From the NCBI GenBank assembly GCA_053919585.1, contig CM132790.1: a stretch of 64,000 nt of DNA; one strand, given 5' to 3'. Shown here in pieces: positions 1-12,950 of this stretch. The notes under the pieces are model-generated. The model did no database searches. It was not told the origin of the DNA and was given only the letters and a program-made list of their open reading frames with translations. Position 1 is the first letter of the stretch, and each line of letters opens with the position of its first letter. The DNA comes from Euprymna scolopes (taxonomy: Eukaryota). A program made the translations under genes and the position numbers.

Positions 1-970
1 AAATAAAATAAAAAAAACATAATAACCTAATACATGGCCATGTCAACCCACAAAAACCTGCAAGAAACAATCAGACAACAATACAAAACCACATTAAACC
101 ACACGTATCACCCATTAAAAAATACACTCCAACGCCGTATCATTAACCGTAAAACAGACATAGGGACGCACTCTGGTTTAACCCTTCATTATCAAAAAAC
201 GTTATAACAGACATAGCCAGATAATTTTTCAAAATATTGGAAAATAACTTCAAATCCCCCCAATGTGTACAGTTAAATATTTAACAAAACACGATCAAAA
301 TATCTTATTTAGCAATGCCAAATCTGCATGAAAAATAATTAGTAACAACAATAAAAAATATAGAAAAACAAACTATGGTAAGCCGTAAACTTTACGAAGA
401 AATACATATATCCTTTACAAGGTATAAGTACCAACTGTAATTTCCAGCTGCGCGTATCAAGCCCCCAAATGTAAATTAAATTAATAACAACCATATCAAT
501 CTTTTCGGACAGACTAACACCAGGCCACAAGTAATAAATAACAATACCCCAATAACCCGTCTACCCGTCTAATACAACAAAACATATTGCTTAGCAATAA
601 CATTGTTAATCAAACTGAAAACGACTATTACAACTTTATTGAACAAAATACGATATATTTTTTATCTACTTCTGGACTTATAAAACACAGAACATCCTCA
701 CATAACCACTCTTTCATAAAACGATCCTTACAAAACAGACAACTATAGCCAAATATGTTAAGTATCTCAATGAGGTGAATATACCCTTTAATTTAAAATG
801 GGATATATAAGGCTCTAGTTAAGCCTGGTGACAAAGTCTGCACCCTTTGTAGATTTGAAGCCTTAGGTATATTATAATTCAATATCAATATGTCACCCTT
901 TTTAAACAGAAAGGGGGATTTTTTTCCGATTGTATTCATAAACGATGTTTTAAATTTGACAGATTTTGAC
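1..970 (+). mobile_element. Degenerate Penelope-like element, RT C-terminal/GIY-YIG region
   Basis: Broken translations WFNPSLSKNVITDIAR, TTIAKYVKYLNEVNIPFNLKWDI and FLNRKG resemble the Penelope-like motifs WFNPPYSKNVxTNIG, TxLSKYIWxLK..IxWxI and LLNKRSE. Many stops and frameshifts. Confidence 0.7.
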
Positions 971-1490
971 ATAAAATATAAAAAATAATCTGATTATTAC
1001 TCCGATTTCAACTGTTTATAATTTATAATTGAATTAATATTTTATTATTATTTTACTTCTTTTTTACTATTATATCTATTGCTACTATTATCATTATTAT
1101 AAATATTATTATTTATTTACTATCATTATTATAACTAATCTTATCTATTTATTATAGTATCACTAAGATGTATATTTAGAACTAGGATATCTAAACCTAT
1201 TGAGCTCATTATATNNNNNNNNNNNNNNNNNNNNNNNNNNNNNNNNNNNNNNNNNNNNNNNNNNNNNNNNNNNNNNNNNNNNNNNNNNNNNNNNNNNNNN
1301 NNNNNNNNNNNNNNNNNNNNNNNNNNNNNNNNNNNNNNNNNNNNNNNNNNNNNNNNNNNNNNNTTTACATACACATTCTCCTCATGACTAAAATGCAAGG
1401 TGAGATGGGGTAAACTTTTTTTATACTCTTTCCGAAACCTTCACATTTTCCCTATTTTTTCTTTCTTTATACTCTCATACACATTGTTCT

Positions 1491-1614
1491 ATGCATGTGT
1501 ATGTATGTGCGCATTATGTACGCATATATGTACGTATTTATTCGAGTGTATGTGCATATGTACTTGAAAGTGTATGTACATGTCAGCATATATGTATAAA
1601 TGCATATTTATGTG

Positions 1615-1686
<72 letters not shown>

Positions 1687-1790
1687 CGTGTGTGAGTGTG
1701 TGGATATATATGTGTGCATGTAAGTGTGTGTTTTTTCAAAACACATTTTCTTTAAGTGATAATTTTCTTCATATTACCGTATATATATAC

Positions 1791-1852
<62 letters not shown>

Positions 1853-2110
1853 CTCGCACACCTATACTTCTTTTCCCGTCCCTTTCTTCCCCACTCCCTC
1901 TCTCTCCCTACATTCGTTTATGCAACCTTGTGTATATACATATAGCCGTCTCTACGTAAAATATACGCGCAAACATTTATGTATGTGAATATGTATTTGT
2001 TAGTATATGTATATGTGTGTATATGCATACATGTATGTGTGTATATCTGCCTATATATGTATATATTTGTACATGTGAGTATTTGTTTGTATACGTATGT
2101 GTATGTACAT
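1491..2110. repeat. (TA)n and (TG/TA)n microsatellite tract
   Basis: Directly visible; source of the YIYIYI pseudo-ORFs. Confidence 0.95.
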
Positions 2111-2540
2111 ATTAATATATAAATTAATATAAAGTAGCGTTTAGTTTCGGTCTTTAAACGGTTCAATTTGGAAACGACGTGTTCGTTATTTTTCGAATGA
2201 GATATAGCAGTTGATTTACAACTGAGCATCACAGCGTTTCTCCTCATAACGTATTATTTCCTTTGAATTCTTATTCTTTCTTGGAAGAAATAATATCGTT
2301 AGAATCCAAAAGATTGAACAGTTAAAGGCGCATTTTCTCATATTTATTTACTGTTTAATTTTTAATTTTTTCATTTATATGTGTATATGTACTGTGAGCA
2401 TGTGTGTGTACGTATTTATATGTGGGGGATATTTAGAACTTACGTGACACCTTCTCATTGGCTATACCTCCTTCTTCTCCTTCTCCTCGTTCTTTCCTTC
2501 CTTTTCCATTCCACTTTTACCCGTGTATGCTCTTACTTTT

Positions 2541-2585
2541 ACGACCCCGATGAAGACTTAAGGATCGGTCGTAAATATGTACATG
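2541..2585 (+). ncRNA. Degenerate hammerhead-like motif (Penelope pseudo-LTR type)
   Basis: CCGATGA-AGAC-ttaaggatcg-GTC-GTAAA-tatgt, versus consensus CUGANGA-stem II-GAAA. Two core changes. Confidence 0.45.
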
Positions 2586-2688
2586 AAAAAAAAAAGTTTT
2601 AAAATTTTTTCGTCATAATATTATTTTGTATTTCTGGACGTCACTAATTATATTTTTTACATTTCGTATTTTTGTTTATACAGTCCCA

Positions 2689-2757
<69 letters not shown>

Positions 2758-3389
2758 AGGGGTGCGCGCATGCGTGGGTGTGGGTGTGTTGATTCTTGAG
2801 TGAAAGATATAGAAAAACATTAGAATTGTATAATGTTCAATGAAAGAGAGGAAAGTGTATAGGTCTTATGTTTTATGTAAATACAGTCATATCATGCTAA
2901 CAAATGATATCATCTTGCTAGAAATTAAATACATTAAAAACGGATAAACCCATTTTTTTATTTAAAAAGTGAGAAAATATATTAACCATGACTGGCGTGA
3001 AGCAAAGTGAATGTTGAAATTGTTGATAACAATAAATTTGAACATCTAAAAGACAACAATGACAGTTAAAAGTTGGCATACCAGGAGATTCCTCCTAAAG
3101 AGCTAGAAAAAATCAATGTGTATAAGGGAGTTTTGTTTTTTTCATTACATTTCATCGTGCATTAAAGTAAAAAAAAAAAAACTAAAAAAAACTAAGTGTA
3201 TGGGTTATGTTTGATTATGCTTGATTGTCACTTGCAAATATTTACTCTAATGTTTGAATATAAACTTTCTGCTTTCACAAGACGAACACATACTTTGACA
3301 TACCTTTTCGATTAAAGAACTTCAAGAATGCAATATTTTGATGAGGAAACCTGTTTTATACACTAATATTTTAATAACAAATAGAGGAG

Positions 3390-3414
3390 CTACATATAAA
3401 TTTATAAAATGTTA

Positions 3415-3468
<54 letters not shown>

Positions 3469-3493
3469 TAAATGTTGATAAATTTATATGTAG
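3390..3493. repeat. Palindrome with ~28 bp inverted arms around a (TA)n core
   Basis: Left arm ctacatataaatttataaaatgttagta; reverse complement of right arm ctacatataaatttatcaacatttagta. Confidence 0.85.
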
Positions 3494-4721
3494 TGAAAAG
3501 AGATTATGAAGTCCTCACTCACTTGGGGTTTAGTACACATTTTTTAAAAACTATACATTACATTCCAAAGTTTTTTCATTTAATCGGTCATTGGTTAAAC
3601 AGCTTCCTAGTAAACTGAGTTTAGTTCTCCTTTCCTTTTTTTGTTTAGTAAATTTATTAAATTTGATTTATTAAACTTGGATGAGTCGAGGAGGTAAAGA
3701 AACAAGAAAAGGAGGGCGTGACCGATTCATAGAAAAACACTCTTAACACAATAAGTAAGCAATGCGCATAATACTGAGCAGAATAAACATTTCAACATCC
3801 AGATAATTTCTTTATATCGTTTTGATAAAGACTAGGAAAATTAAGATGACATTTATTTAAATATTGAGATTAAAAGCATGGCTTTTTCATTTAAAAAATG
3901 AAGATTGCAAAGGAAATCCGTTGACATATTCTGAATGACGTCAGCTAGAAACCCGGATTAATTCAAGCCCAAAAATAAAGTCATTACCAAAATAAATATA
4001 TAATAAAATGCAAAAGAGAGACAAAAAATAATTTAATAAAGGAATTAAAACACATTTAAATTAAAACATAAATTTAAATATCTAAATATAACAAAAGCTA
4101 TTAATTGCTAATAAACAGTAAAATTTATAGACATAAATATGTACAAAACTACGGAAAGAGAAGGAAAAAGAATGCCGTTTTTAAAAGGAATGTAATTAGC
4201 GGGGACGAAGAAATACCAGCAAATATTACATAAATGGCGAGAGAAATATAATTTTAAAATCAAACAGAAAGATAAAGAGAATGTGCCAAACATGTAATAG
4301 AAGACTTAAGAGAAAAGACACCGAAAAAGATTTAAAAATATAAAAGTAACGAGTTTTACATCTTAGCCTGATACACAGAAATGTACACTTCTACTTATAA
4401 ATGCTAATCATAAAGTTGTCAAAATGTCAGACATAAGAAAAAGGTCATAAAATCGTTGCAATGACGGATCTTTTCATCTCAGCAATATCTGGAAAAACAT
4501 ATTCGTCAANNNNNNNNNNNNNNNNNNNNNNNNNNNNNNNNNNNNNNNNNNNNNNNNNNNNNNNNNNNNNNNNNNNNNNNNNNNNNNNNNNNNNNNNNNN
4601 NNNNNNNNNNNNNNNNNNNNNNNNNNNNNNNNNNNNNNNNNNNNNNNNNNNNNNNNNNNNNNNNNNNNNNNNNNNNNNNNNNNNNNNNNNNNNNNNNNNN
4701 NNNNNNNNNNNNNNNNNNNNN

Positions 4722-4753
4722 TTCGCTGTTTCACAGCTCATCAGTGCGGCTAG
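4722..4753 (-). ncRNA. Hammerhead ribozyme core (stem III and cleavage site hidden by Ns)
   Basis: Minus strand reads ctagccgca-CTGATGA-GCTG-tgaaa-CAGC-GAA(N): exact core with a perfect 4 bp stem II. Confidence 0.75.
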
Positions 4754-5918
4754 NNNNNNNNNNNNNNNNNNNNNNNNNNNNNNNNNNNNNNNNNNNNNNN
4801 NNNNNNNNNNNNNNNNNNNNNNNNNNNNNNNNNNNNNNNNNNNNNNNNNNNNNNNNNNNNNNNNNNNNNNNNNNNNNNNNNNNNNNNNNNNAGGCGTTGC
4901 CTGGTAGAAGCTTGCCCATCTAGGTAAANNNNNNNNNNNNNNNNNNNNNNNNNNNNNNNNNNNNNNNNNNNNNNNNNNNNNNNNNNNNNNNNNNNNNNNN
5001 NNNNNNNNNNNNNNNNNNNNNNNNNNNNNNNNNNNNNNNNNNNNNNNNNNNNNNNNNNNNNNNNGCTTCCGCTACGCAATCGCCACACTCCTCAGATTAT
5101 GAACGGCTCCCTGAATAGGCACTTCTAACTCCCCATGGTAAGAACGGGTACCGGAATATCAAAAACGGGCTGAGAGGGGTCATTTAGTAAGGGTATTGTG
5201 CAATCAACAGCCGTAAAAACATAAATGATAAATAGCTGTTTTAGGAAAAAGAAAAAAAATAGTTCGTCTCCAACTTTTTTTTAATGAAGCAGAAATTTAT
5301 TTACGAAAGAAGGCATGAACTCCTCTCGTATTGGACTTAAACAAACTTCCTTCGTATATGTATCATTTATTCATTTTTGTATTAAATGCAATACTTGGTT
5401 TCAATTATTTCACATATCGAGTAAAAAAGTAAAACCTTAATAACAAGACAACACACCAATTATGGTTTTTCTTTTCATTTCGTTATGTAAAAAAAACAAA
5501 AAAAAAACAATATAACTGTATGAATACGATACCATTAAAAAAAAGAAAAGCATTCCTTTAGTTGAGCACGAACGTTGCACTAGTAGGTTATCAGGTGGGA
5601 CCTCTACCGACTTCGTTGTGAATTAGAATAATTTGTCTATGTTATTCTTATTAACTCACGCAATGACGCGTTAATAAAATAAAATATATCCATTACGTTC
5701 ATGTAATCTCTCTCTTTATCTCTGTGACGATACGATGTTTAAATCTATACCTCTCGTTCTCTATCTCTCCCCCCCCTCTGACGATACGATGATATGAACG
5801 AACACGTTTTCTCTCTCCTGTTTTTGTAACTCTCTCTCTCTCTCTCTCTCTCTGCCGATAGGATAAGATTGGAAATGCAACGAAACTAAGCCGGTGTTCA
5901 GTAAATAATGGGGAAACA

Positions 5919-6450
5919 TGTATAATTAAATGGAGAGTATGTATATCTTAATGTCCCCACTAAAAAGGAAAGAACAAAGCAAACTAGTGGATTACAATTG
6001 TTGGCTATAATAGCAAGGTGGCCTTCATTCCAGTCATTTATGGCTGTTGGAATGGGTAGAGTCAGCCAATCTAAATATAAGGATAAAGTATAGGAATACG
6101 TTAGTATTTTTAGTGTAGAAGAAGGAAAAATAAATGTTGTGTATAATACGGAATATATAAATCAAGAAGGGGTCTAAAAATAAGCCCCCTGTGAGTATAA
6201 ATACGCGGTGTAAGTTGATGGAACTGGTAGTAATTAAACCATACGGGCTAAAATCGGAACTACTTCCTCTGTAGGTATGATAATGATGCTAGCGCTCATA
6301 GGATAAAATCTAATGTTTTAACATTACAAATTAATGTGTCTTACCTGCCGTTCTATTGTTAAGAAGGTAATGGGCAATAATGTAAACATATTATATTGGT
6401 ATATTCCTTCTGTAGTTGTTGTAAATCCACGATATTTTCGTCCAGAATTG
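5919..6450 (+). mobile_element. Possible degenerate LTR, related to 48165-48635
   Basis: Purine run ggggaaaca precedes TG. Colinear blocks are shared with the second copy (cagccaat, tataaat, gaactacttc.tct.tag, tgatgct, ataatgta.aca, atatttt.gtc.aga). Confidence 0.35.
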
Positions 6451-6545
6451 TAAAAAAAAAAACTGCATCTCTTTTATTATTTATATGCACAATAAAAGTA
6501 ATACTACTAATAGTACTATTAATAAGAATAACGATAATATGTATG

Positions 6546-6576
<31 letters not shown>

Positions 6577-7664
6577 ATATATACATACACAGAGAGATGT
6601 GTATATGTATATATATATATTTACACAGAGAGAGATAGAGGGAGAGAGAGAATATATAATGATGCGAGAGCACTAAGCAACATCGAAATAAGTGTAAATT
6701 GATGATATTAATGCTATCACATATATACAGAAAAAATACAAAAGTAAACATTAATTTTAAATTAAAGATAGATCCAAAATAGGTAAACCCAAATTGGATG
6801 ACTTTTATAAAGTTCGATTAATAATACTAAAATAAAATTAGATAAAAATACGGATTGCAAATAATTTAAAGCATGATCTTCAAAAGCAAACTACAAATAT
6901 ATTAGACATAGATGCAACTCAAAGAAAAAGGGGAACACAATATTCGATGATTACAAAGGAAAATAAATATAAAATAAATTTACGTTTCTAGGCAGAAATT
7001 GAGTCAGTAGAAATCTTAGCGATAGCATAGAAATATGAAAGATGACTGAAAGGAAGACAGGGACCATTCATTCGAGTGATAATAAAGAAATAATTAAGAG
7101 TGTTAACGATTTTGGTTAGAAAAGCGAGGAATAATGTATTTGAATTTTAACTGCAGACAAAAACGACGTATAGGAATTCTTGTGGGTCAGTCAGTTCGTA
7201 AATATCTTTAATTTTAAATGTTTGCAGATATAGAGACAAATTATATTTCCTGTGGACAAAAAAACGTGTGGAAATTTAAAAAAAAAACGTATTCTATAAA
7301 GATTGGTCGATAGGAGTTCATAGTTACATTGTATATGTAAGATGTTATATCTATGCATTGTATATATCTTGTTACCCTACACTAATTTGTTATAAATAAA
7401 ATATGATATTATCTCACTTTTCAGAATAACAGACAAATCTTTTTAGTTTCGTTTTGTGGAAAAATATGAGCAAAGATACGCATTTGTATAGGAAAATAAT
7501 AGAAATATTATTATCCAATAGCAATTTTTTGATAATACCACTTTTGATATTGTTTGGACGTTAATAAAAAAAAGTATTAACAAAACAAAACTGAAACTTA
7601 AATTATTTTCCCGTAAACCCACTATTTTCGGTATTAATTTATTTTATTGCGGACTATTATTCCC

Positions 7665-7952
7665 ATCTTTTTTAGTTGTTGTTTCACCACGTTTTGTCAG
7701 GTGGTAAGTGCGACCGATAGGGACTTCGAATCTCCTAACTGCATTCTTAGAAATTATTGTCATCCGTAGTTGTTATCGCCTCATCACGTTTTTTGCCAAG
7801 GAAGCCTCTGGAGTCGAATACAACTAGGAAGGGCAGTGATTGCTGGGAATGCAGTCAGGATATTCGAAGTTTCTATCCGTCGCGGTTGCTACCTCACGAA
7901 TGCCACAGGAATAGATCGCCGAAACGGCGTGAAAAAACAACCAATAAAGATA
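7665..7952. repeat. Fold-back of a Penelope-type pseudo-LTR with a degenerate hammerhead in the right arm
   Basis: gatagggacttcgaatctcctaactgcattc pairs with gaatgcagtcaggatattcgaagtttctatc; centre ~7797. Right arm has CTCACGA...GCC-GAAAC (7893-7925). Confidence 0.75.
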
Positions 7953-8476
7953 ATCAACTAACAAAATAAATTAATATAAATAATACTCATCTCAATAATG
8001 AATTCCAATTAAAATAATATATCATATTATCGGCTTTTCAAATATCGATTTTCTCGCCGTCGGTTGATGTGTGAATTTGAGTAAATATTTGATTCTCCTC
8101 ATCATTAAATTAAATGTTCGTTTTTTTTTTTAAATTAAACGTTTTGTGTTTCTATTTAAAGCACCGTGTTATCTTTATTATATTTTATATTGATAGGCTG
8201 GATTTTCTTTATAATAGCCTTAAATGTACCCCGTTTGATTAAGACATTAATCAATGAATAAAAGGGAACTTCATGCAAAATAAATTCATTATCTTTACGT
8301 TTTTGCAACATATTGCTTTTTATAACGGCTTCATTTTTATTTTGATTAAAAAAAAACTCATCTATTATCCCGAAAGTAATTTACGGCAAAGTAAAAAAAA
8401 TATGGTATAAAATATGTTTTTTATAAAATTGTACACACACGCACGCACACCCACAGACACACAGACACACCCACGC

Positions 8477-8551
<75 letters not shown>

Positions 8552-9248
8552 CATATATACATGTGTGTGTGTGCGCGTGTTTGTGGTGCGCGCGTCTGTG
8601 TGTATGCGTGTGTAAGCCGATGTTTTTAAAGCTGGCTATACGTAGGTGGTATGTATTTCCTTGTATAATATTCAACCTTTACAAAATGCCTGAACAAATA
8701 ATTTCTAAAAACTTCGTCTGAATATTTTTAATAATACGATGATATTTTTTTACTTGTGAGTCACTTCTTTTTAAGAACCAACGACTACTCGAGGATATGC
8801 GTTATTGAATGTATATGGTAGTGTAGTAATCGTTTTTAGTTTCAATTCGATAGACTGATTATTTATGCGTACGGCTCATAAGAACCTGTTTACATTGATT
8901 CTGAATATACTATGCTATATTCAACCGGGAGGCAGACCAGGGGGAGATGTTTCAACAAGCAGACAGTTCAGGCGAAAAATATTTATCCATTTAATATATG
9001 TTTTGATTTAGGAACAGATTTGTAAAGAAATCATATATGTGTGGGTTTTTTTTTTTCAGACATAAATCTAAACAGGTTCCTTTAGTCTTGGACAAACTAA
9101 GGATACCCACGAATAGTTACCTGCGCGTGGAATTTTTGTGGCAGGACGTGCGCAATCTCCAACACGAAATCTCCTTAGACGACATTGTTAAATACCAGTG
9201 GCAAGTTAAGCACATGACGACTGGAAACAAATGCAGAGATAAACGGAG

Positions 9249-9368
9249 AGCACATAGAGCGTCTAGAATACCCAAATGGTCACCCATCAGATACTAATCA
9301 GGCTCAACGTTGCTTAACTTCTGTGAACTGATGAGAATCGGTGTGTCAACGTGATTTATGCCGTATAT
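9249..9368 (-). pseudogene. 5S rRNA-derived sequence (pseudogene or SINE3 head)
   Basis: Minus strand tacggcataaatcacgttgacacaccgattctcatcagttcacagaagttaagcaacgttgagcctgattagtatctgatgggtgaccatttggg aligns with metazoan 5S, including box A (AGTTAAGC) and box C (GATGGGTGACC). Diverged single copy. Confidence 0.9.
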
Positions 9369-9945
9369 AAATCTACTATTCTAAATAACTATTAACATCT
9401 ACTGTGCATTTTTGACGTGTATTGTAACCTTATTTTTTGTTGTATAACTTTTGCTCCAATATATGGTTCTCCGTTTTTACCTCCTGGTTAACTTATCCCG
9501 CTTAATAAAATTATATATGAGTCATCAATAATTAAAAAAAAGCATTATAGTTTTTGACTGTTCTGTTCGTCCACCCTCCCCCGATTGCATATACATACGT
9601 TTTAAATCGAATTTCAATTCATCAACATATGAAGTAATCTTGAGAATATGTGTTATCATTTGCACCTGATAAAAATAATTTAAGAAGAAGGAAAATCGGC
9701 ACGGTGCCAATAGATTATGCAGGCATCTGTATTTTAAATACTTGAAGATGAGGACGTTAAATAAGAATTTAGAAAACTCATTAAATATTAACCGGTTTGC
9801 TTATAAGAGGCTTCGTGATAAACCTTTCTTAAAAAAAAAGCTAATTACCTACATGACATTAACCTTTCATGGGTTTAATAAGAAAAATCAATGTTTAACC
9901 GTTTGCGACATTTTTTTAGCGACAAGTCAAGTATGAGAATAGAAA

Positions 9946-10011
<66 letters not shown>

Positions 10012-10548
10012 GGCGAATAAACCCTTTTTTGGGGTCATCGGCCAACTAGCACTAGTTTGTAGGTATGTATGTGTTGGGGTGTAGAGGGATCCCGTAAGAC
10101 GGGATGAAACCAACCTTTCTACGAGAAGCAGCTCTCTGATTTATAAAACCATAAAGCGGAGACCACTACCAGCATAAAGCTTGTCTGCATTTAACTTGTT
10201 ACTGACTATCTTGCTTTGCTTGATGCTGGATATCAACATTTTGAACCGAGAGAGAGATTTAGCTGTCGTACCAAGCAAAAACTCTGTAAAAGCATCTGTG
10301 TATAGAAGATACTCCCTCAGGCATTTGTCTATTAAAATGGTCCTGTGGCGATGGAAGTCATTTCTGGGCTCATAAATTTTAAGTGTCTGAGGGAGTGATA
10401 CTCGTCTGACAANNNNNNNNNNNNNNNNNNNNNNNNNNNNNNNNNNNNNNNNNNNNNNNNNNNNNNNNNNNNNNNNNNNNNNNNNNNNNNNNNNNNNNNN
10501 NNNNNNNNNNNNNNNNNNNNNNNNNNNNNNNNNNNNNNNNNNNNNNNN

Positions 10549-10685
10549 ACTGAGCTGCTAGAAAGGACTTGGCCTGCCTTTTTTATTAGAACTGCTCGCC
10601 TATGGAATTGTCTTCCGTTTTCCTGCTTTCCGGCTGACTACAATATGGTTGTCTTCAAGTCTAACGTAAATAAGTTCTTGATACT
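10549..10685 (+). mobile_element. Internally deleted 3' fragment of the main LINE family
   Basis: gagctgctagaaaggacttg is joined directly to ttagaactgctcgcctatggaattgtcttccg; both match the 62.4-62.8 kb copy. Confidence 0.8.
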
Positions 10686-10949
10686 TAGTTGTATAAATAA
10701 AACAAAATTACTCTACTCATAGATATTATATTGCATTACTTGAAACGTACATTTTAAGTTGTTTTCTGCGATTTTACCATCAATTTAATCCGTTTCTTTA
10801 TATAATAATAGAATTTACGAGGGAGCTTCCAAATATAATCTATTACGTTTTTCTTATCTAACGGGAATGCTCAAAGGGAGAAAGCAAATTACATCGTTAT
10901 GATTATCAAACTTATGTAATCATAACATGCTACATTAATCTAATTCTTC

Positions 10950-11374
10950 TTTTTTACATGGGGGTCACCACCTCTCAAGGCCCGGAGGCCACTCAGGGAT
11001 AATGGTTATTGCGTGTACAGTAATCAATGAGATAGTATTGTTGTAATCATTAGTATTGGAGATTTGATATGGTGTCTTACTTAAGGAGGCAGTTTATCAG
11101 GAATTTGTTCATGTTGGATTTGAATACATCCAAGTTGTAGTCAGGTGGGAAACAGGCGAACGGAAGAGAGTTTCACAATCGTGCACTTCTTAGAAAGAAG
11201 CTCTGCTCATGGAATCTGCGCTTGGATTTAGGCACATATAAAGAGTGGGTAAATTATTGACAGTGATTTCAGCCAGCCGGATGTTTCTCGTGAAAGATTG
11301 GCGAGGGGGGACGAGAGATTGGAGCTCAGACGAACAGTTGCCATGGAAATAACGATAAAACAAAGACAAGCTTG
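10950..11374 (-). mobile_element. 5'-truncated LINE 3' end (main family)
   Basis: SLSLFYRYFHGNCSSELQSLVPPRQ plus conserved tail atccctgagtggcctccgggccttgag and A-tail. Confidence 0.9.
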
Positions 11375-12950
11375 AAGATATTGACGAAGTAAAACTATTA
11401 AAAAACGGAACCTTCAATCTAGATGCATCAGAAGCAGATATATGTCATTTAAATTCTCCAGGTAAAAATGATCTCGGGACCGTCACTGGCGCATGTTTAA
11501 CGCATACGAAACTGATGTAATTGCCCTAATTTCAGTTAGTTGATACATCCATCGACTTCAGAATGGACACATACATAGTTGATAATGCAGACTGTGGACT
11601 CTTACAACTGCTGCATCTATAGAGATCGTTAAATACGCACTAAGAATGATGGGACTATCTAGAAAAATGAATATTTTAACCCAAACATCTCCCCTATTAA
11701 TTTTAGGATTCGCGTTTTTTTAGCTCGTAAACATTATAAATTGACAATAGAAGGCCTGTCTTTTAGAACGATCCTCGTATTAAATACCCCCACTTTTTAA
11801 GAGCTGTATGCGAATACTACCATTATATTACAGACGTTTTATTATAGTGAGAGATAGTTTAGCTATAATAGTTGATTGATTTCTTGAGAAAATATAGACA
11901 TCGTCACCGTTATTATGAAAAAGAACGGAATGGTATTCTTAGAATATTAAACATATGCTCATTGGTTCTATGTTATATGGAGTTCTCTAATTAAAAAAAC
12001 ACATGTTCACGTTTTTTAAACTTATCTAATTAACAGAATCGTAACCGTTATTAACAAACCATCACGCTTATTATTTCATAGCTGTGCTTCGTGTATTATA
12101 TCATGCTTATTTCATAACATTATGTGTACACATGCCTGCGCCAGTGTGTATGTGTCAATACTTATAACCTGACAATATAATAAGAATCCAATATAAATAG
12201 TGCATATTTAAAGTCACTTGTGTTATTTTTGAAAGATAAATCGTAACCTTTAAAGGTTCCTAGATTGTGTATATTGTAAGCATATATAAATAATCTATGT
12301 GTCTTTCAGTAAATTACTTGTTATCTACATTGGAATAAAGGTCGAATACTATTTCTTTATTGCAATTTTTTCTCCCAGCATAATGCGTATCTCTCAGCTA
12401 GACTGGAGTATCTAGCGCATATAACGCCAGGAAGTCTACACATAAACGTAAATAAATGGCTGATAAGAAAGGAAAAGGACCATTACAGATCGATATTTAA
12501 TTCTAAAACTTGAACGATCTATTTATATAAACTTGACAAAATTAAATGCTAGAAGCAGTTTTACGTCCCATAGAAAAGCTTTTTCATGTAATTTTATTAC
12601 ATTTCCCTTAAATAAACAAAATTAATATAGTTTTCGTATGCAAGCCAGCATGTGAAAAAAATCTATTCACTTTTATTCGACAATACATGGCGGCGATTTA
12701 TAACGTTTAGCGTTTTTATTACTTTTTTCCAATGTGATTACAAGAATGTTTTTTTATGTTTAATTCTTTATTAAGTAAACACGGCCAACACCGCATTACC
12801 TCGTTGTCAAATACGTTTAATATAAAATGTTTATAATGCATGTTTCGTATTCATTATAAGATTAGATTGGGCCCAATACATAGTAATGATTTACAATAAT
12901 AAACATGTATAATGAAAATATAAGTGTATGAATGCTGTAACCCCTTAGGA

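Noticed and set aside
1489-2247. YI/CV/HT-rich ORFs here and at 6.4, 8.4, 57.0-57.9 and 59.6 kb
   Set aside because: They are translations of dinucleotide microsatellites.
4445-4509. DEYVFPDIAEMKRSVIATIL resembling a Helitron/Pif1 helicase segment
   Set aside because: Only 20 residues, with no supporting helicase motifs visible.
9249-9368. Functional 5S rRNA gene
   Set aside because: Many substitutions and indels, no immediate terminator, not in an array.
10085-10112. Hairpin atcccgt/acgggat followed by GAAAC
   Set aside because: No CUGANGA box upstream, so not called as a hammerhead.
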